Below, piece after piece: positions 48,640 to 63,443 of a DNA stretch of 64,000 nt. Position 1 is the stretch's first letter. The number at the start of each line of letters is the position of its first letter. A model generated the notes under the pieces. The model was not told where the DNA came from. It did not search any database and was given only the letters and a program-made list of their open reading frames with translations. The DNA comes from Selaginella moellendorffii. Lineage: Eukaryota > Plantae > Lycopodiophyta. The DNA lies in contig NW_003314297.1 in the NCBI RefSeq assembly GCF_000143415.4, positions 1,093,430 to 1,157,429 on the forward strand. Direction: 5' to 3'. Both the position numbers and the translations under genes were made by a program.

Positions 48640-48990
48640 AATTTTGATTGTCTCATTAATGAATTGAGTTCCTTTTTCAGTCATAATTTCTTAAGGTAGT
48701 CCAAATCTAGAAATTATATTCTCAAAGATGAAATTTATTGTGCTTTTAGCATTAGCATTTTTAAATGGTTTTTCTTCCACCCATTTAGTAACATAATTAA
48801 TAGCACCTAGCAAATATTCATTTCTCTTGCTGTTTGTCATGATTGGTCTAACAAAATCTAAGTCTTCTTTCTAAAATGGTTCATATGGATATATAAGATG
48901 AAATTCATGACTTTACTAATTTATATTTTTGATATGTGTCACAATTATGGCAAAACTTTGTAACATCTTTCTAAAGAAATTTCATGGGCT
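48640..48990 (-). pseudogene. Decayed integrase remnant, inverted partner of 31130-31400
   Basis: Minus strand KDVTKFCHNCDT...NYVTKWVE.KP.KNA...ENIISRFGLP*EIMTEKGTQFIN. Confidence 0.65.
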
Positions 48991-51900
48991 TATTAAATAT
49001 AGTAGATGCCTTTGGTGTTTTTCATTCTCTTTTTCTTTTTTAGCTGTATGTTCACTTTGGCAGGCTCATCAACATCATTAAATTCCATCAAAAATTCTTT
49101 TTTAATGGTTGTAAGTTGCTTCTCCTTAAATCAGTTTTGCATATGCAAGTTCCACATTTCTTACTTTACCTTTAGCACCATAGTAACGTGAAAATTTAAC
49201 CACTAAGGACAATTTTCCCACTCATAATTTGTGACTCTAATATATTTTAGGCAACTTCTCATCCCCATACATATAGGTAGGCAAGGTAGGGATAACCATG
49301 GCTTAATAATATTTGAAATCACCTTCCACAAAGATAGTACCTGAAAAATAAATAAAATTAAAATTTAAAGAGTACAAAGTGATGAAAGCGTTACTTATAT
49401 GCAAAACACTAGCCAACTTTTTGCATTACTACATCATTTTTTTTATCCCTTTGGTCTTCATTGTCATCTTCTTCAATCTTGGCCTTACTAGATACTTCTT
49501 GAAGTTGTAGCCAAATTTATAGAATGTCAAAATATTGTAATATTTTAACATTATTTTGTACTTTGATCGATATGCTTTAAAGAAGAATTCTTCACCCACC
49601 TCTACAACAAACCCAATCACTTTCTCCACCACCTTAATGTTCATCACTTTTTCCTTTACCAAATTTGAAATAGCTTATTAGTAGTCAGAACTGAGAAGTA
49701 GACAACCTTAAATGATCCATTAGTTGCTCTTAACTCTTTGAACACCACTAGCTTGTACAAATTAGAATTTATACTAAATTTATTATGTTCAGCTTTTTGA
49801 CTATGCACTATTTATATTATAGATTCTTTGTATTAAAGCTCGTCACAACATTAAACCATTCCTCCCCAAGATCTGGATACAAGAGTTTGATTAACTTTGT
49901 TATCTTTGGTGTATATTTTTGCTTGATTTTGTACTCCTCTATAACATCAACATCAATATTAAGGCTTTTATTCTTCAATCTCTCGAAGTCCTTATTATAA
50001 TCATACTAAAGAAGCAAAAAAAAAGTTGAAATGAGTACTTTAGCAAATTTAAATACCTCAAATAAGATGTGTATGTAAATATATCAAGGGAGCTTGGCAT
50101 AACTATTGTACTTCTTGTACCTCTTTTCTTTGGCTATTATCATATTCAATTGCATCTTTTCCTCATCTGTAAGCCCATCTATAATTTATAAACTAGCATC
50201 TGCTTAAAAAATGTTTTACACAACCATAATCATATGTGCAAGAGTTGTTTTGACTATCACATCTTCATATTGCTTACATAAGAAAAATTATGTCAATAAA
50301 AAATCTAAAGAAGAAATATATATACCTATTTACTGAAGTCAAAATTGTAATGAATGCTATATGACCTTTGTCTTGGAACTCTATCATTACAACATTTACT
50401 ATTGCATAGTATCTCGAAATCTCTTCGTGAATTTCATCACAACTTTAAAACTGAATGCATAATGCCATATGAAATTCTATGTATGACAGAACTATTACCA
50501 ATGGAAGTACAAGCATGGAAAGAAACAATGCAATTATCCTTACCACCCGAAAAGGAATCACATGGCAGCAATCATTAACTCTATCCACCTTGATTATGAA
50601 TTCCACAAAGGATGGTGGTATAGTTGTGTTGCGTTAGACTCGCATTTAAGGGATAATTTGCAAAACCTAGACATGATCAATCAAGACTGTAAAGATTAGT
50701 CTATTGGTTCAAGTAGTTATGATTATACTTTCTTCTACACTTTTCTCAGATTGGACTAAAGGCAGTGTGAATGCAATTTTAAGGTTTAGTCAAACTTGAG
50801 ATTGAAAAGAGATTCATCAAAAATAAAGGATTAAATATATAATCTTTTCTTAGGGACATGATTTGAATAAAGTGTAATCTCATTACTCGTATTCACATTA
50901 TGCAATCGAAAATCCCTACATCACTGCATGTTGGTTTACAAGTGGTGAATTGTGGGATAGATAGTAGTGAAAAATTAAACTATGTTGTTTAGGCATGCTA
51001 TTAAAAAGTTTAAATTGTAATGCTTAATTATTTTCAAAGAAAACCTTACTATTACTCCTTGAATAATTTAATATTAGATTGATTTTAAGTTTGAGGTGTG
51101 GATACCTTCAAGGGGCAAAGGTGGTGTTTTTGAGGTAATAATAAGGTAGGATATGGTTTCATGGAATGGAATTATCTTAGCGTATGCGAACAATAGTTAA
51201 ATAGATTACTTTCACCATCAACTATTTTAGAGTTGATTATTGTTTGACCGAGAATTTGCCTATCAAGTTATAGAAAGTGTTATAGCATTCATTTGCTAAC
51301 TTGTTGATGAATCTATTAACACTTGGAATAGATTGTTATACAGAAAAGGTGTGTGGTTAAGATATTGATATTGCTAGCATTTACATTGTTATATTAAGTG
51401 AAGATAAATACTTTTTAAAGCTTGATTTTTCATATCATTTTTCTTGGTTAGTGTTTTAGCTTCATACTAGATATTGAAGGTGATTTAAGAAGAGTATAAG
51501 TATAGTATGGATATTTAAAGATATAGTCTTTGTGATCAAGTTTTGGTATTTATTAACATTTGTAAATACCAATATTGGATGTTTTGGGTATGTATGTAAT
51601 GAGTAAAAGTTGTTTTTCTCTAGAATGAAATTTTTTCCACAAATTCCTTAGGTTTTTCAATGGTTAATTTGTTGATCATTTTGCTATTTTTAAAGCTATT
51701 ACAAATGAAAAGGTTGGAATTGACTTTGATGAGATTTTGCATGAGTTTTTATAAAGGAATTTCATGCATGAAGGTGGTTTAAATCAATGTAGGGAAATGT
51801 CAAAAGAATAAAACTTTTTTTAGACATCTTTTGAGAAAATCACTAAGCCTTGATTTTTAACCTTCTAGTTTCTACTTACTTGATTCATAATCATTTTAAA

Positions 51901-53103
51901 ATCACTAATATCAACCATTTAACTCCTAATTTTTTTGTGAATCAAAGCCTTATATACTCAACTTGATTGGAAGTGTGGATATTTATAACAACTTCACCAA
52001 CTTGTGTTTTATGCCTTCTGAGAAGAAATTTTAAAACTTTTCTTTTGTGTGGTTTTTAGTTGCAACAAATAAAATTCAAGTTAAAGAAAAAAGTGGTTGG
52101 CATCATTATAAACCATAAAAGTCACAAAAGAAATGAATTCATTTTTGTTACCTTGAATTGCTATAAAGTAAGTAGTAGCAATCATGAAATGTGACTTTGT
52201 GAGAAGGGTGTTAAATTTATAGCTAAACTTTTCTCACTATAATAATGTTGCCAATGGCAAAAAGAACTTTAAAGTCAAATTCTTTAAATCTTTACACTTG
52301 AACAATTTCAATATATAATTTGAATAGGTGAAAGTACTTGAAAGAACCTTATCCAAAACTATTCATCACTATCACTCATTTGTCCAATCTTTATCTCACA
52401 TGAATATATCTTATCATTGTTTTAAATCAAACATAAATTCTAATCCCCACTACTTAAATGGCTGATATACTAGGAATACTTTAATCCCTATATAAAAGTT
52501 GCACATGAGTGAGTTAATTCCCAAAATATTATAATTCTTGGCTTGTTCTATGTTCAGGCCTGCGTGAGGCTTGTGAGGTCAAGGTGTGTGGAAACTACTT
52601 TAGTGTGCAATGTTGATTGACAGAAGCCACAAGGCATCGAACTCCAATAAGCTTTTAGCTCAAGCTTGCCTCCATAGCTTATGTTTCGCTGTCAGGGCCT
52701 CTTGACATGTGGGCATACCCTTGGAAAGGATGCACTGCGCTCTTTTGCAGATGACAGGTGATGGTTTTGTTGGTGAAGCTGTGGACTGTATGGTATCAGT
52801 TCATATTTTTCAAGTCGTGATCTTAGATAGGCTGAAGTTAAGTGAAGGTTGCTGTTGGGTACAAAGATTGCTGCAGAATCTCTCGGCTCCTGCCAACAAA
52901 AGGTCGCCTGGATCACATGCAGTGACTACCTAGATACCTCACACTTTGTGCTTGTTTCAAGACAAGTAGCACTCATGTGAACTGAGGAGCATTTTATCGA
53001 TCTTGCTCAACGAGCCTAAAGAGCTTCACATGCTCAACATGGTTCACACTTCTTTATTTCTTTCTTTAATTCATAACATAAAGCCAGTAAACCTTTAGAT
53101 TTC

Positions 53104-55400
53104 TCATGGCATACCATTCATGTCAGCAAGGACGGTCGACTCCTCATCTGGGTCCGCAGCCAACAAGGCCTCTGCCGCACTTACAATGTTGTCTCTTTCC
53201 CTCATAATGATTTGTTTAATCATGGGGACGCACAGCGTTTCCAGCGACCAACTGGACACTATCAAGAGATCCTGAGGTTGAATCTCGGCCTCCACCACCT
53301 CCAGTTTTTTAGATGTAAGCCGCTGCCAAAGAAAATAAGAATAAGAAACAATTTAGCTGTGTTCTACCATACCCTGAAGCGATTGCCTCCAACAAGTGCA
53401 ACCAGAAAAGCAGGTCCACTCACGGCTATGTGACTTCCCTTGAGGACAATTACATTTGAGTACAACTCTGGAAGCCACTCGTTATCCTGTCAAAACACCG
53501 ATCACCAAAATTCTTTTTTAAAAGAAATTATTTACCTGAATTGTGCGAATGCTTTCATCCTCATCATCCCAGTCCCAGTCTTCCTCATTTTTTCTTTCCT
53601 CTTTCAATCTTTTTCTCTCATCCTCAAGTCGAATGAGTTCTTGAATTCTTACTCGAATACCCACCTTAACTCTTCACCCCACAAGCACAATGCTGAGCAC
53701 AATACCAAGCACAATCAATTTACCTGCTAAAAAGAGTCTCTATGGCTTGTGCAACAGTGATGCCACTTGTAAGAGTTTCTTGGTAGTAGTTGTTGAACAA
53801 CTCCAACCGATACAAAGCAAGATATGGGGCCCCTGTATGCTTTCACTGTGATCAGCCTTGTGCGGGTCAAACAAGAGATAACTTACATGAATGCCTAAAC
53901 GAGTTCTTTATATATTGCGAGGAGCCACGTAAGAGAGTGCTGGATTATGCATTTCTCCCCAAATTTTGCCTTTCACGCTCATTTCGGCCTTGCCAATCAT
54001 AAAGTTGAAAATGCTGATAGAGTTACAGAAAGAATAAGTGCCTGAGGAGGAGTGCGAGGAGGAGAATCCAGCACAGTCTCGTCATAACTGGATGTCTGGC
54101 AAAGAGAAGAAAAGAGTAAGAGTTTTCCCCCTCTTTCAAACTGCAATGATAACAGGGTGAAAACAGACTTACTTTTATCTTCTTTTGGAACTCAAGTGGC
54201 TACTGGCAACTTTGCTAATCTCGGGTTGCAATGGCCCCCAGATACTAGCAATGATGTTCTGGGGCCACAATGGCCTCTAGCTCGAGTGGCAATTGAAGTT
54301 TTCAAAGTCCTCACACTCCTCCTCCTCGTGCTCTTTCGTCAAACTCCAAATGAGTCAAAAAAGAATGTTTTTTCCACAACTCGAAAATTATTCTAGCTTT
54401 CAAGGACTTACCATCTTCTAGAAGCTCTTTTCAATGCTGATCAAGCGGATTTTCAAAGGACAATAGCTCTGCCGAGGAGCAGGAGGAGCACATGGAAGTG
54501 CTATCACCTGGAAAAAAAAGAAAGAGATAAGAAAAAGCTGATCACTCAGCTCAGGAGAACAAAGCCAGGAGATTGGAATCAGCGGAATTTGAGCTCGCAA
54601 GAACACCATTGTCAGTCACTAGGAAACTCAATGAAAATTGGCAGATGGAAGTGGTGAAGAAAAAGAAAATCTCGTGGCAGTGAAGTCAAATCTAGGAGGT
54701 GGTTTTCAAACGAAAAACTTACTGGTTACCTTCTTTCTGGCCACAAAGCTCTCATCAAAAATGATGGTCGGTAGCGTTGATCGAAAGGATTTGGTTAATC
54801 CCATTCCAATCGAGCTTTGACAAAGTTTACCACTTTTGTTCAACCATTTCAGTTCTGCTAACCCATTCCGAGCGTGCATGAAATCTTTCCTGGCACAGTA
54901 GATGCTGCAAATCAACCAGAATAAACACGCTATAGAAAATCACATAAAACACTGACCTCATCCAGTGTTCTTGCGCTCAGCTGAAAACTTTATCCTCCAA
55001 AGCCTGCTGCTCACGCAAAGATTGTCAGCCCAGCCCGGCAACATTTTGAAGAACACAAGAGCCACCTCAAATGGATTTCCTTGTAACGGGGTGAATTTAA
55101 AGCATTGTTTCCAAGTTATGGCGGTGCAATGTCTGTTAAGGCCGGAAGCAGATTAACGAGGCCAAACAATTGAGCATACCAAAGATGGTGTTCACGCCCG
55201 AGACGGTGTTCACCCTTCGTGCTTTTCCGAGTGCATTTCTATACAAGCCAGCTGCATCACATGTTTAGATTCCAAGAGCAAAAGTGCCCTCATGTGCGCT
55301 CGTGTCAGTACCCTGCTTTTGAAAAGCTCCATAGCAAAAACCCTTGATCTAATAGAACTTCATCCATGGCAAAAGTAATCTGAGAAGGCTCGTTGGCACC
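53104..55400 (-). pseudogene. Multi-exon gene of unknown product, probably decayed
   Basis: Regular short GT-AG intron signals on the minus strand, with stops in several exons. The last exons faintly resemble a PP2C C-terminus (weak). Confidence 0.35.
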
Positions 55401-57979
55401 CACTGAAGAAATATTTCAGTGTAGCTTCGTGCTTAGAATCTAGTGAAGGAACCAAAACAAAAAGAACTTGAGGCTAGATGAGATGCAACCAAAAGAAAGA
55501 AGAAATCAAATGCAAACTTCTCAAGAATTCTCACAAAGAACAATAACAAAAACCAAAAGATTCTCCATGCAGCTTAAGATGATGATACCTTTTACAAGAG
55601 GTGATTACCTTGCAAGACTGTGATATCACAAGCAAAATCCATGTACACTGGCCCAGCTAGCCCAGCAGACACGTCACCACACATCACTGAATACATGTTT
55701 AATATTTGAATTTATTTGGAATATGCAACGATAAATATATTGCATATTTTAGAATTTAGTAATATTAACTCAATAAATATTAAATTAATTCAAACTTTGG
55801 TAGTGTTTTGGATGTTACATATATAGATTTAGGCTATGAATGCTTGTGCTTGGGTTTTCTAAATATGACCAAATCCCCATTGGCAGATTTGATTCTGTTT
55901 TTTAATGTAACATATTCCTTTATTATTTAAGGATGACTTGGAACTTTACACAACACTTTTTTAGTGTTCAAAGTTTCTTTATTCTAGTTATGAGCTGGTG
56001 CTTGGGTCTTTTTCTTCATCAGTATACATTCTAAATTGGTTAGCCCCACCATTTCCAGAGTGGTCCCTTTCCCCCAACCTTCTCCACATAGATGGGATTC
56101 TTTGCCCTTGAGTTCTTCAATTTCAAAAGGTACTTCTCCATATGTACATGTCTCCAAAGCCTTTGTCTCTAAAGGCTTTGTCTCCAAAGGCTTTGTTTCT
56201 AAAGATTTTATCTTTTAAACTTTTGTCTTCTGATGCCAAATTTTGTCTCCCAAGAACAAGCAATAGTTTTAGAAGGCAATGCCATCTTGTTGTGTGATGG
56301 ACACTTTTGGTACTGAATGTGTAGAGTGTGATTGTCTTTCAACATATATCATTTTGAGTTTGGACTTTGAGGAGGAGCAAGGAAAAGACTATCCTAGGAA
56401 GACAATGGGTAATTGGAGAGTTTGTCATATTTTATACCAACTACTATTATGAAGAAGATGTGGAAAAAGACAAAGATGAAGAGACAGTGTAATACAAGAG
56501 TGGATTTCCTTATGCCTAGTGTGTGTTACTTTTCAAGTTTCATTTTATAGTAATAGTATGGATTTTTTTTCTTTTTTTATTTTATTACTTTATATTAGTC
56601 AAAAAACATATATTATATTAATCAAAGTCCTCTAATAAATCTTCCTCTACCAATTTAAAGTTGAAAAGTACTGTGCCTTTATCACTTTCTTCCCTTTTAG
56701 TTGTGGTGTTGAAGTTTCCTTCTCTTTTAGCCCTCTTTTTTTAATATAATTTACAGCTTCTTGGTTTTGTTCCAATGATAATGCATGACAGCCATTATTG
56801 ACAGCTGCGAAAAAGGCACTTCTTATGCCACTAATACAACCCATTTTTCAAGTGTTTTGCAATGCATGAGAAAGTCAAGAAAGTTTGAATTTATCTTTGC
56901 TCTTCTGACCATGTTGCTGTTGTTGGCTCCATGTTTTCCTTAATAAATTTGAAGCACATCATTAAGGTCCCAATGGTAGGCTGTTGTGGCAAATCTTGAA
57001 GATGAGGCCTTTGGTCTTGTCAAAGACATTTTCATTATTGATTTCTATAATGATTTTGTTAATATTGAAAAAACTTATAATTGTGCATATTTGTGTTTTG
57101 CCAAGTTTATTTATCATGTAGTTAAATGAATAGTCACTCAGAATTATGTATAATTGATAGATTTTCAAAATTTGGATAGTTTAAATTTATTTATGACAAC
57201 CATGCCTTGAATCAATGATTTCCTTCCCATACAAGTAGCATCTGATTAAAAAAAACCTTCTTCAATTCAATATAAGTCTCATCTCTTAAACTAGCCTCAA
57301 ATTTCATCAAGCCATTCATTTTAAGAAACTTTTTTTTTATTCAAAAGTGCTAGACACTTTGCCACAATAAACTTGGACAATTGACAATCAAAAAAAAAGT
57401 TCCACCTCCCCAAGTGCTTTTATATTGTATGATTTTGAATCCAATGGTGTAATAAGTGGTGGACATTGTTAACTAATTTAGGTTTTCCATTCAATAATGT
57501 TATAGAAAATTTGAGATAACCTCCATTTTGAACTTCAAGTGATAATTAAATGAATTTGTATCCAAAACCTTTTTTTGTGCTCATGGGTTTATTTTCCATT
57601 TTTCCTTTCCTTTAACTCTATCTTTGGCTCCACCTAATTACTTTATAGTCATTCTTCTTTATGTAATTTGACTCTCCAAAGGGTCAAAGTGATTATTTTC
57701 CTCTTCTTCATCTTGTTGCTACTCCTCGTTGTAGTGCATTGAATCTACTAATCCTTCTATTGTGTAGACCAGCTATTCCATGTGAGACAACTAGTCATCC
57801 ACCTGTACCGCAGTCCCACGGTGGATACCTTCGTCTGGGATGCTCCATAGGAGGAAGGACGTACGCATGGATGCCCAATACGTACGATTTTCTAATTTAG
57901 GGGTAGGAATATACCTTGCTCAAAGGTATATTATATTTTAGATAGCCACTAATCAATGGGAATCGAACCCGTGCTATTT

Positions 57980-60739
57980 GCTCCGATACCAACTATAGCG
58001 CACCTTATCTCTCTCCCCTTAAGCCAATTGGAAAAGGGGCAATTGCTTGATGAGAGAGCCCTTAGTGGCTATTTTATCCCCATTTATCCCCCAAGGTTCC
58101 AAGGATCCACGGTGACAGTATATCCAAATCTCATCCTATGATCACATGCGCTACACTCGTCCTCCTTAGATTCATCTTTAGGAAATTTAGGATTCTCAAT
58201 TTATTCACTTTATTGAGGATTATTTCATGAAGCTTGAGAAAGGTTTTTTCCCCTACACTATGCCAGTGTTCCTTGTAGCATGGATAGTAGTATTCATGTT
58301 AAATATTGCCTTCTTGCATATGTTTGAGCAACTCACTAAAATCTAGAAAGAGCAAGTATAAACATGAAAAAAAAAAAACTAAAACTAAAACTAAAGATTA
58401 GTCATTGCAAATCAAGGTGGCTAAATGCAGGAATTAGCCATAAATCAAGCTACTACATTTAGCACAACTACATTCTAGCTATTGATTTCAAGTTGCCATG
58501 AGAGGAGCCACAGCACCACTCTCCCTCATGTGGCAGCTCAGGTGGCAAGTTTGAGCCACACCCCATCATATGGCAACCATGGCAGCCCAAGCTAGGCAAG
58601 CTCAATCCACCATAGAAGCTCAAGCAGTGCCATGGTGATTCTTGCGGTAGCAAGAAGTGAGTGCTTCTTATCTATATGCTTGCTGCTCCTTGCACATCTC
58701 TCACTCAAAAATCCTAGCTAGCTAAAACAAGATTTTCATGAGCCATGCAAGGTATCTAAGTAGGTAGTGTCACCCACACTTGGATTATGAGCATTTGTAG
58801 CACACTTGAATTTGGAGCCGAACTCCAAGCCCATTACACTACGAAATGAGGGTCCCCGTATCTAGCACTTGCACGCAAAATGGTGTCAAACAAAGTTTGG
58901 CACAATTTTGGCATACTAGTAGCCTAACGCGAGGAGGAGGGTACCCCACTGACTAGAGCAGCATGGAGTTTGGGCTTAGACCCAAGCCGGACGCAGAACA
59001 AAGAGCGACACAACCCAGCGGAAGCCAAACTAATGTCTCAGGTGGTCAAACATGCATTCCAACCACTATCCCTACTNNNNNNNNNNNNNNNNNNNNNNNN
59101 NNNNNNNNNNNNNNNNNNNNNNNNNNNNNNNNNNNNNNNNNNNNNNNNNNNNNNNNNNNNNNNNNNNNNNNNNNNNCTTATCACTCGGTGGCCTGCGTAT
59201 CCATAATAGCAAAGGTGTTTGGCAAACATAATAAGTTATCATCCAACAATATTAAGGGATTAGTTTCAATATCGCAAGGTTTCTTGATACTAGCAAATGC
59301 AAGCAAATGATACGAGTTTTCAAACCAGGCCGAGTATGCTCAGCAAAAAACACATAGGGTTTCTACCTTATGTTTATCCAATTTAAGTGCAAGGTCATTG
59401 ACCAGTTTCTCAACTAACTCAAGTGGGAATGATAAAGGGAACCAATTGTACTAACCTTCTGCTATCATGTTAGTAAGGAAAGAGTGTTTGTAAGGACTAG
59501 CCGACAAATATCTTTTGATACCCGAAGTCACATTTGCGACACCACTAATCATTTGATCTAGAGTTAACTCTTGATCACTTCACCAAGTGTTTATTTATGT
59601 TCACTCTAACCTTGGACTCCTTAGTGGTTATATCATCACCTACCACATGAATGTAACCTCCTTAATCACATTGGCCTTTTCTAACCAAACTAGTTCCACT
59701 AAAATTTTCCCATACACTCTTCCTACTATACTTTTGGAATCTCTTGTAGACCCCTTCCTGAGGGATGTTTGCTTTGAGCTTTCACCCCACAACTTGTATT
59801 CGTATTCAGACTTTGATTCGGACTCAGACTCGGACTTGGTCTCAATCTTAGTCTTGACTATGGCCTCAAACTCAATCTTGGTTTCGGTCTTAGTTTTGGA
59901 CTTGAACTCTATCTCAGACCTAGTCTTACCTCCATCTCAAACTTGGCCATGGGCTTTATCTCAAACTCGGCCTTGACATTTCAAAACACCATGGCCCAAT
60001 GTGGGCCTCATAAGTACTTCCCCCACCTTTTGCCTCTAGGGTGCCCCAGCCATGGCTAGAGCAAGATTCTAATGAGCCACATAAGATATCCAAATAAGTA
60101 ATACCACTCATATTTGGATTAAGAGCATCAACCATTTAATATCCCAAGGGAGCTAAAGTTAGCTTTTGACCACTTTACAAAGTTACTCTATTTATTTATT
60201 GATGTTCACTCTAACTTTGGACTCCTTAATGGTTATATCATCACCCACCACATAAGTGTAGCCTTCCTTGGTTACACTAACCTTTCTTGACCAAATTAAT
60301 TTCACTGAAGTTCTTCCTTATACTCTCCTTATTATACTTTTGGAACCCCCTTTTGGGATCACTTTAGGCTTTCACCTTTGGATTTGGACTCGAACTTAGA
60401 CTCAGTCTTAGTCTTGGTTTCAGTCTTAGTCTTAATCTCAATCTTGAATTTGATCTCAATCTCTGTCTTAGTTTTGGTCTCGCACTCGATCTTAACACTT
60501 CTATATGTCATGACACTTGCCATATGTTGGTCCTTTTTATGTCCCTTTCAAGTGACTCACTTATTGATCACTTTATATTCATTCCTTAAGCACTTATTTG
60601 GGAGTTTCACTCCCACTCTTGACTTTCCGAGTTGGAGTTTTTGGTCCAAATATGTTATGCTTATTAGACTTTTACTTCAGTCACTAGCATTTGACATGGT
60701 TTTGGCTCCACTTTAAGCCTTAGGGATTTGTGTCTTATA
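57980..60739 (-). mobile_element. Decayed family-1-related LTR sequence with PBS, internal duplication, nested insert and gap
   Basis: PBS TGGTATCGGAGC (minus, 57980-57991). 59570-60000 and 60050-60739 align to the family-1 LTR with heavy C>T/G>A decay; ends tagggatttgtgtcttata. Confidence 0.7.
59077..59176. other. Assembly gap (100 N)
   Basis: Run of N. Confidence 1.
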
Positions 60740-62527
60740 GTCCCTTAGATTGCAAATCACATTTGTAGTTGCTTAATAAATATATTTAATTTGAGAAAGT
60801 GTAGCAATGTGGATATTTTAGCTCACAATCTTTCCTAATACCAAGGCATAGTCTCTTCCAACATGTCCTCTCTCCTTGCAATGCTTGATGCATTATTGAG
60901 GACATCTTAAATACCACCATCACAAAACAATTGCTTGAAATTAATCTCAAAAACTTGCAGTAGCTAAGATTGGTTGCCACTCTCGCTAGCATGTCATGGC
61001 ATGATTATTTAGTACATAATATAAAAAAGCCTCACCACCCACTTAAAGAAGTTTGGCAAGGCTAGCAATCATTAAAACCATATTTTCATCCCCACTATTT
61101 CCAATGTCAAAGTTTCCTCCAGATGCTAGAAGTCTAGGTTTTTTATTATTGCTCTCCATCTTTATAACCATATCCAATATTACTCCAACCTCCCACAATG
61201 TAGAACAAATTGAGCTATACATCCTCCTTGCTTGCAAGTGTAATAACATTATTGTATTGGTCACTTGTGTTGAGCCATTGCTTCTAATTGAACAAGAACT
61301 TACATGCATTTATATTATACCCTACACCATGCAATTTAAGGACAACATTTACATAAATATGTTGATGCTATTTAGCAGCTTTATGACTGGCACATGTTCC
61401 CAAGAAAGGGTGGTTTTAGCCCTCTAGTGCCTTCTTTATTGCTGTAAGCAAATAGTGGATGCTCTAAAGAACATACAAGCTGTATAATGAATGTAATGCA
61501 AGTCATGATCGAATGTGAATATTTGGTATTTGCTCCACTTAAGGCAATTAGTTATCCTCAACATCATCATCCATCTCCATATGCTCTTTGTCTACCTCTT
61601 TATGCTCATGTTCTCCTTCAATAGAAACTTCTTGGATGCCAGTAGGGAGGTGCATATCCTCTACTACTGTTTAGACTTCTATAGATTGGACTTTTATGGT
61701 GACATTGTTGTTCTTGGCACATAAATGCATGCAAAAACACTAACACTTCAAACCAAAGTAATATATTCTAAAGCCTACCACATTTTATATTAGCCCCAAA
61801 AGCTAGACCACATGGTTTTCTTTGATATCAATTCCAATGATTGGTGAGATGATGATTTAGAAGGATTCAATGAGCCTCATGTACTTATATAAGTTGGCTT
61901 TTCAAATCCCTGTGCAAATGACTATAACAATGGATATTTTTAACTTACCTCATAAACATTTCTATCCTCAATGGTCTCGCTCTTAAAAACATCAATGCTG
62001 CAGCCCTATATTCTTTATCCTCTACTAGACCCAATTAGAAAATGTAAATTGGAAAACTTCCATATATGTCATTGGCAGTTCAACATTGCAACAATGATCT
62101 ACATAGAAAATAGACTTCAAAAAACTCATCTACTGATTGAATCTAATCTTGGGTACCGGCAATCAAAATTATACTCCATATTGATGCATATGCATGTATG
62201 GTGATAATGGAAATATGCCATCATGGGTGTATTATGGCCATAAAATTGTAGACTAATTGTAGGACAACATGTGGACGGACAACTTGTGTCTCGTTGTTCA
62301 GACACTTCTGACAAACTTCACAACTATTAAACTATCAATCTTGAACAGAGATATTTATACTTAAATAGACTGGGTTTCATGCCCTCTAGACAGTATGAGT
62401 GTGGAATTCTAAATTTATTTTTAGAAGTTTGATGATTTGGCTTTAAGATTTACATAGGTGCAAAAGTTTTTCAAGTTTTACATGGCTTTCCTCCTAGTGG
62501 TTTTATGCTTTCATGCCAGATCCTTGG

Positions 62528-63204
62528 CTAATTGCGGAGCCTTGGAGTAGCATAGAGAGTGACTGTATAGAGAACTGTAATACTAGTTCCACTGTCAGTA
62601 ACATTTGCTAGTGAAACTTGAATGTCACCAAAGGTTCCAAGGTAACGGCCAATACCACTGGTAATGGAGAAAACAAACTTGGAGGAGAGAGATCCATCGG
62701 CTGTGCCAGAAAAGTATATGCTTCCACTTCCATCCTTGAAAGCTATGGTGCCCGTCTGGAATGTAGAAGTGTTTGTGGTGGCACCAATAAAACCCGTGAT
62801 TGTCCCTAGCTGGGCTGAGAAATAATCCAGCGCTTTGGTGAACTTTGCGCTGTACGTTGCCTGGTATCCTGGAGTGTAATTGGGGAACTGCTGTACGGGC
62901 CCCCCGGATACGGGGAACTCGGTTTGAGTCTTGTTGCCTACGGTACGCCCAACAATTTGCACGTAAATCTACAACAGCCAAAAGCAATGCTTAGCGGGAT
63001 CAGGAAAAAACGAGAGAGAGGGAGAGGGAGAGGGGTTTTTCGACCTTTTTTGTGCCTAGAAGATGATACCGACCAGGAAACGATGCGGTAGCCTGGAAAG
63101 AAAAATAGAAGAATCCGAAAATTATTTGTGGAGCTTTAATGCTTTGGATGTACCCCTGCGATGACAACGCCAATCAGGAGCGCCATGATCAGGAGTTGGG
63201 CCAT
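62528..63204 (-). CDS. Secreted dirigent-like protein, 3 exons
   Basis: Signal peptide MAQLLIMALLIGVVIAG and two short introns. GSIYFSG...FSITSGIGRYLGTFG resembles the dirigent GGTG motif. Confidence 0.7.
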
Positions 63205-63443
63205 GCTCGGACTGTGCAGTGAGTGACAAAGCTCTCCGATAAAATATCAAGTGCTGAGCGTAGAAAGTCGTGATTGCCAACCGCAGGAGAAGAAAAGTTT
63301 AAAATCATCTCTGTCGGTGCTCAAAGTCAAACTCCTGATATGATCTCTTTATTTTATCTTTTGTTTGACTTCAGAGAAGACATAAGTCAAGGTGGTGTTT
63401 GCTGCAGTTTACAAAGCGCAAGGATGCCTTGACGGGGTATTTG

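Noticed and set aside
49000-52500. AT-rich region with short ORFs
   Set aside because: Probably decayed TE, but no motif I can assign.
58797-59541. Nested solo LTR (TG...CA)
   Set aside because: Flanks do not form a TSD and the segment spans an assembly gap.
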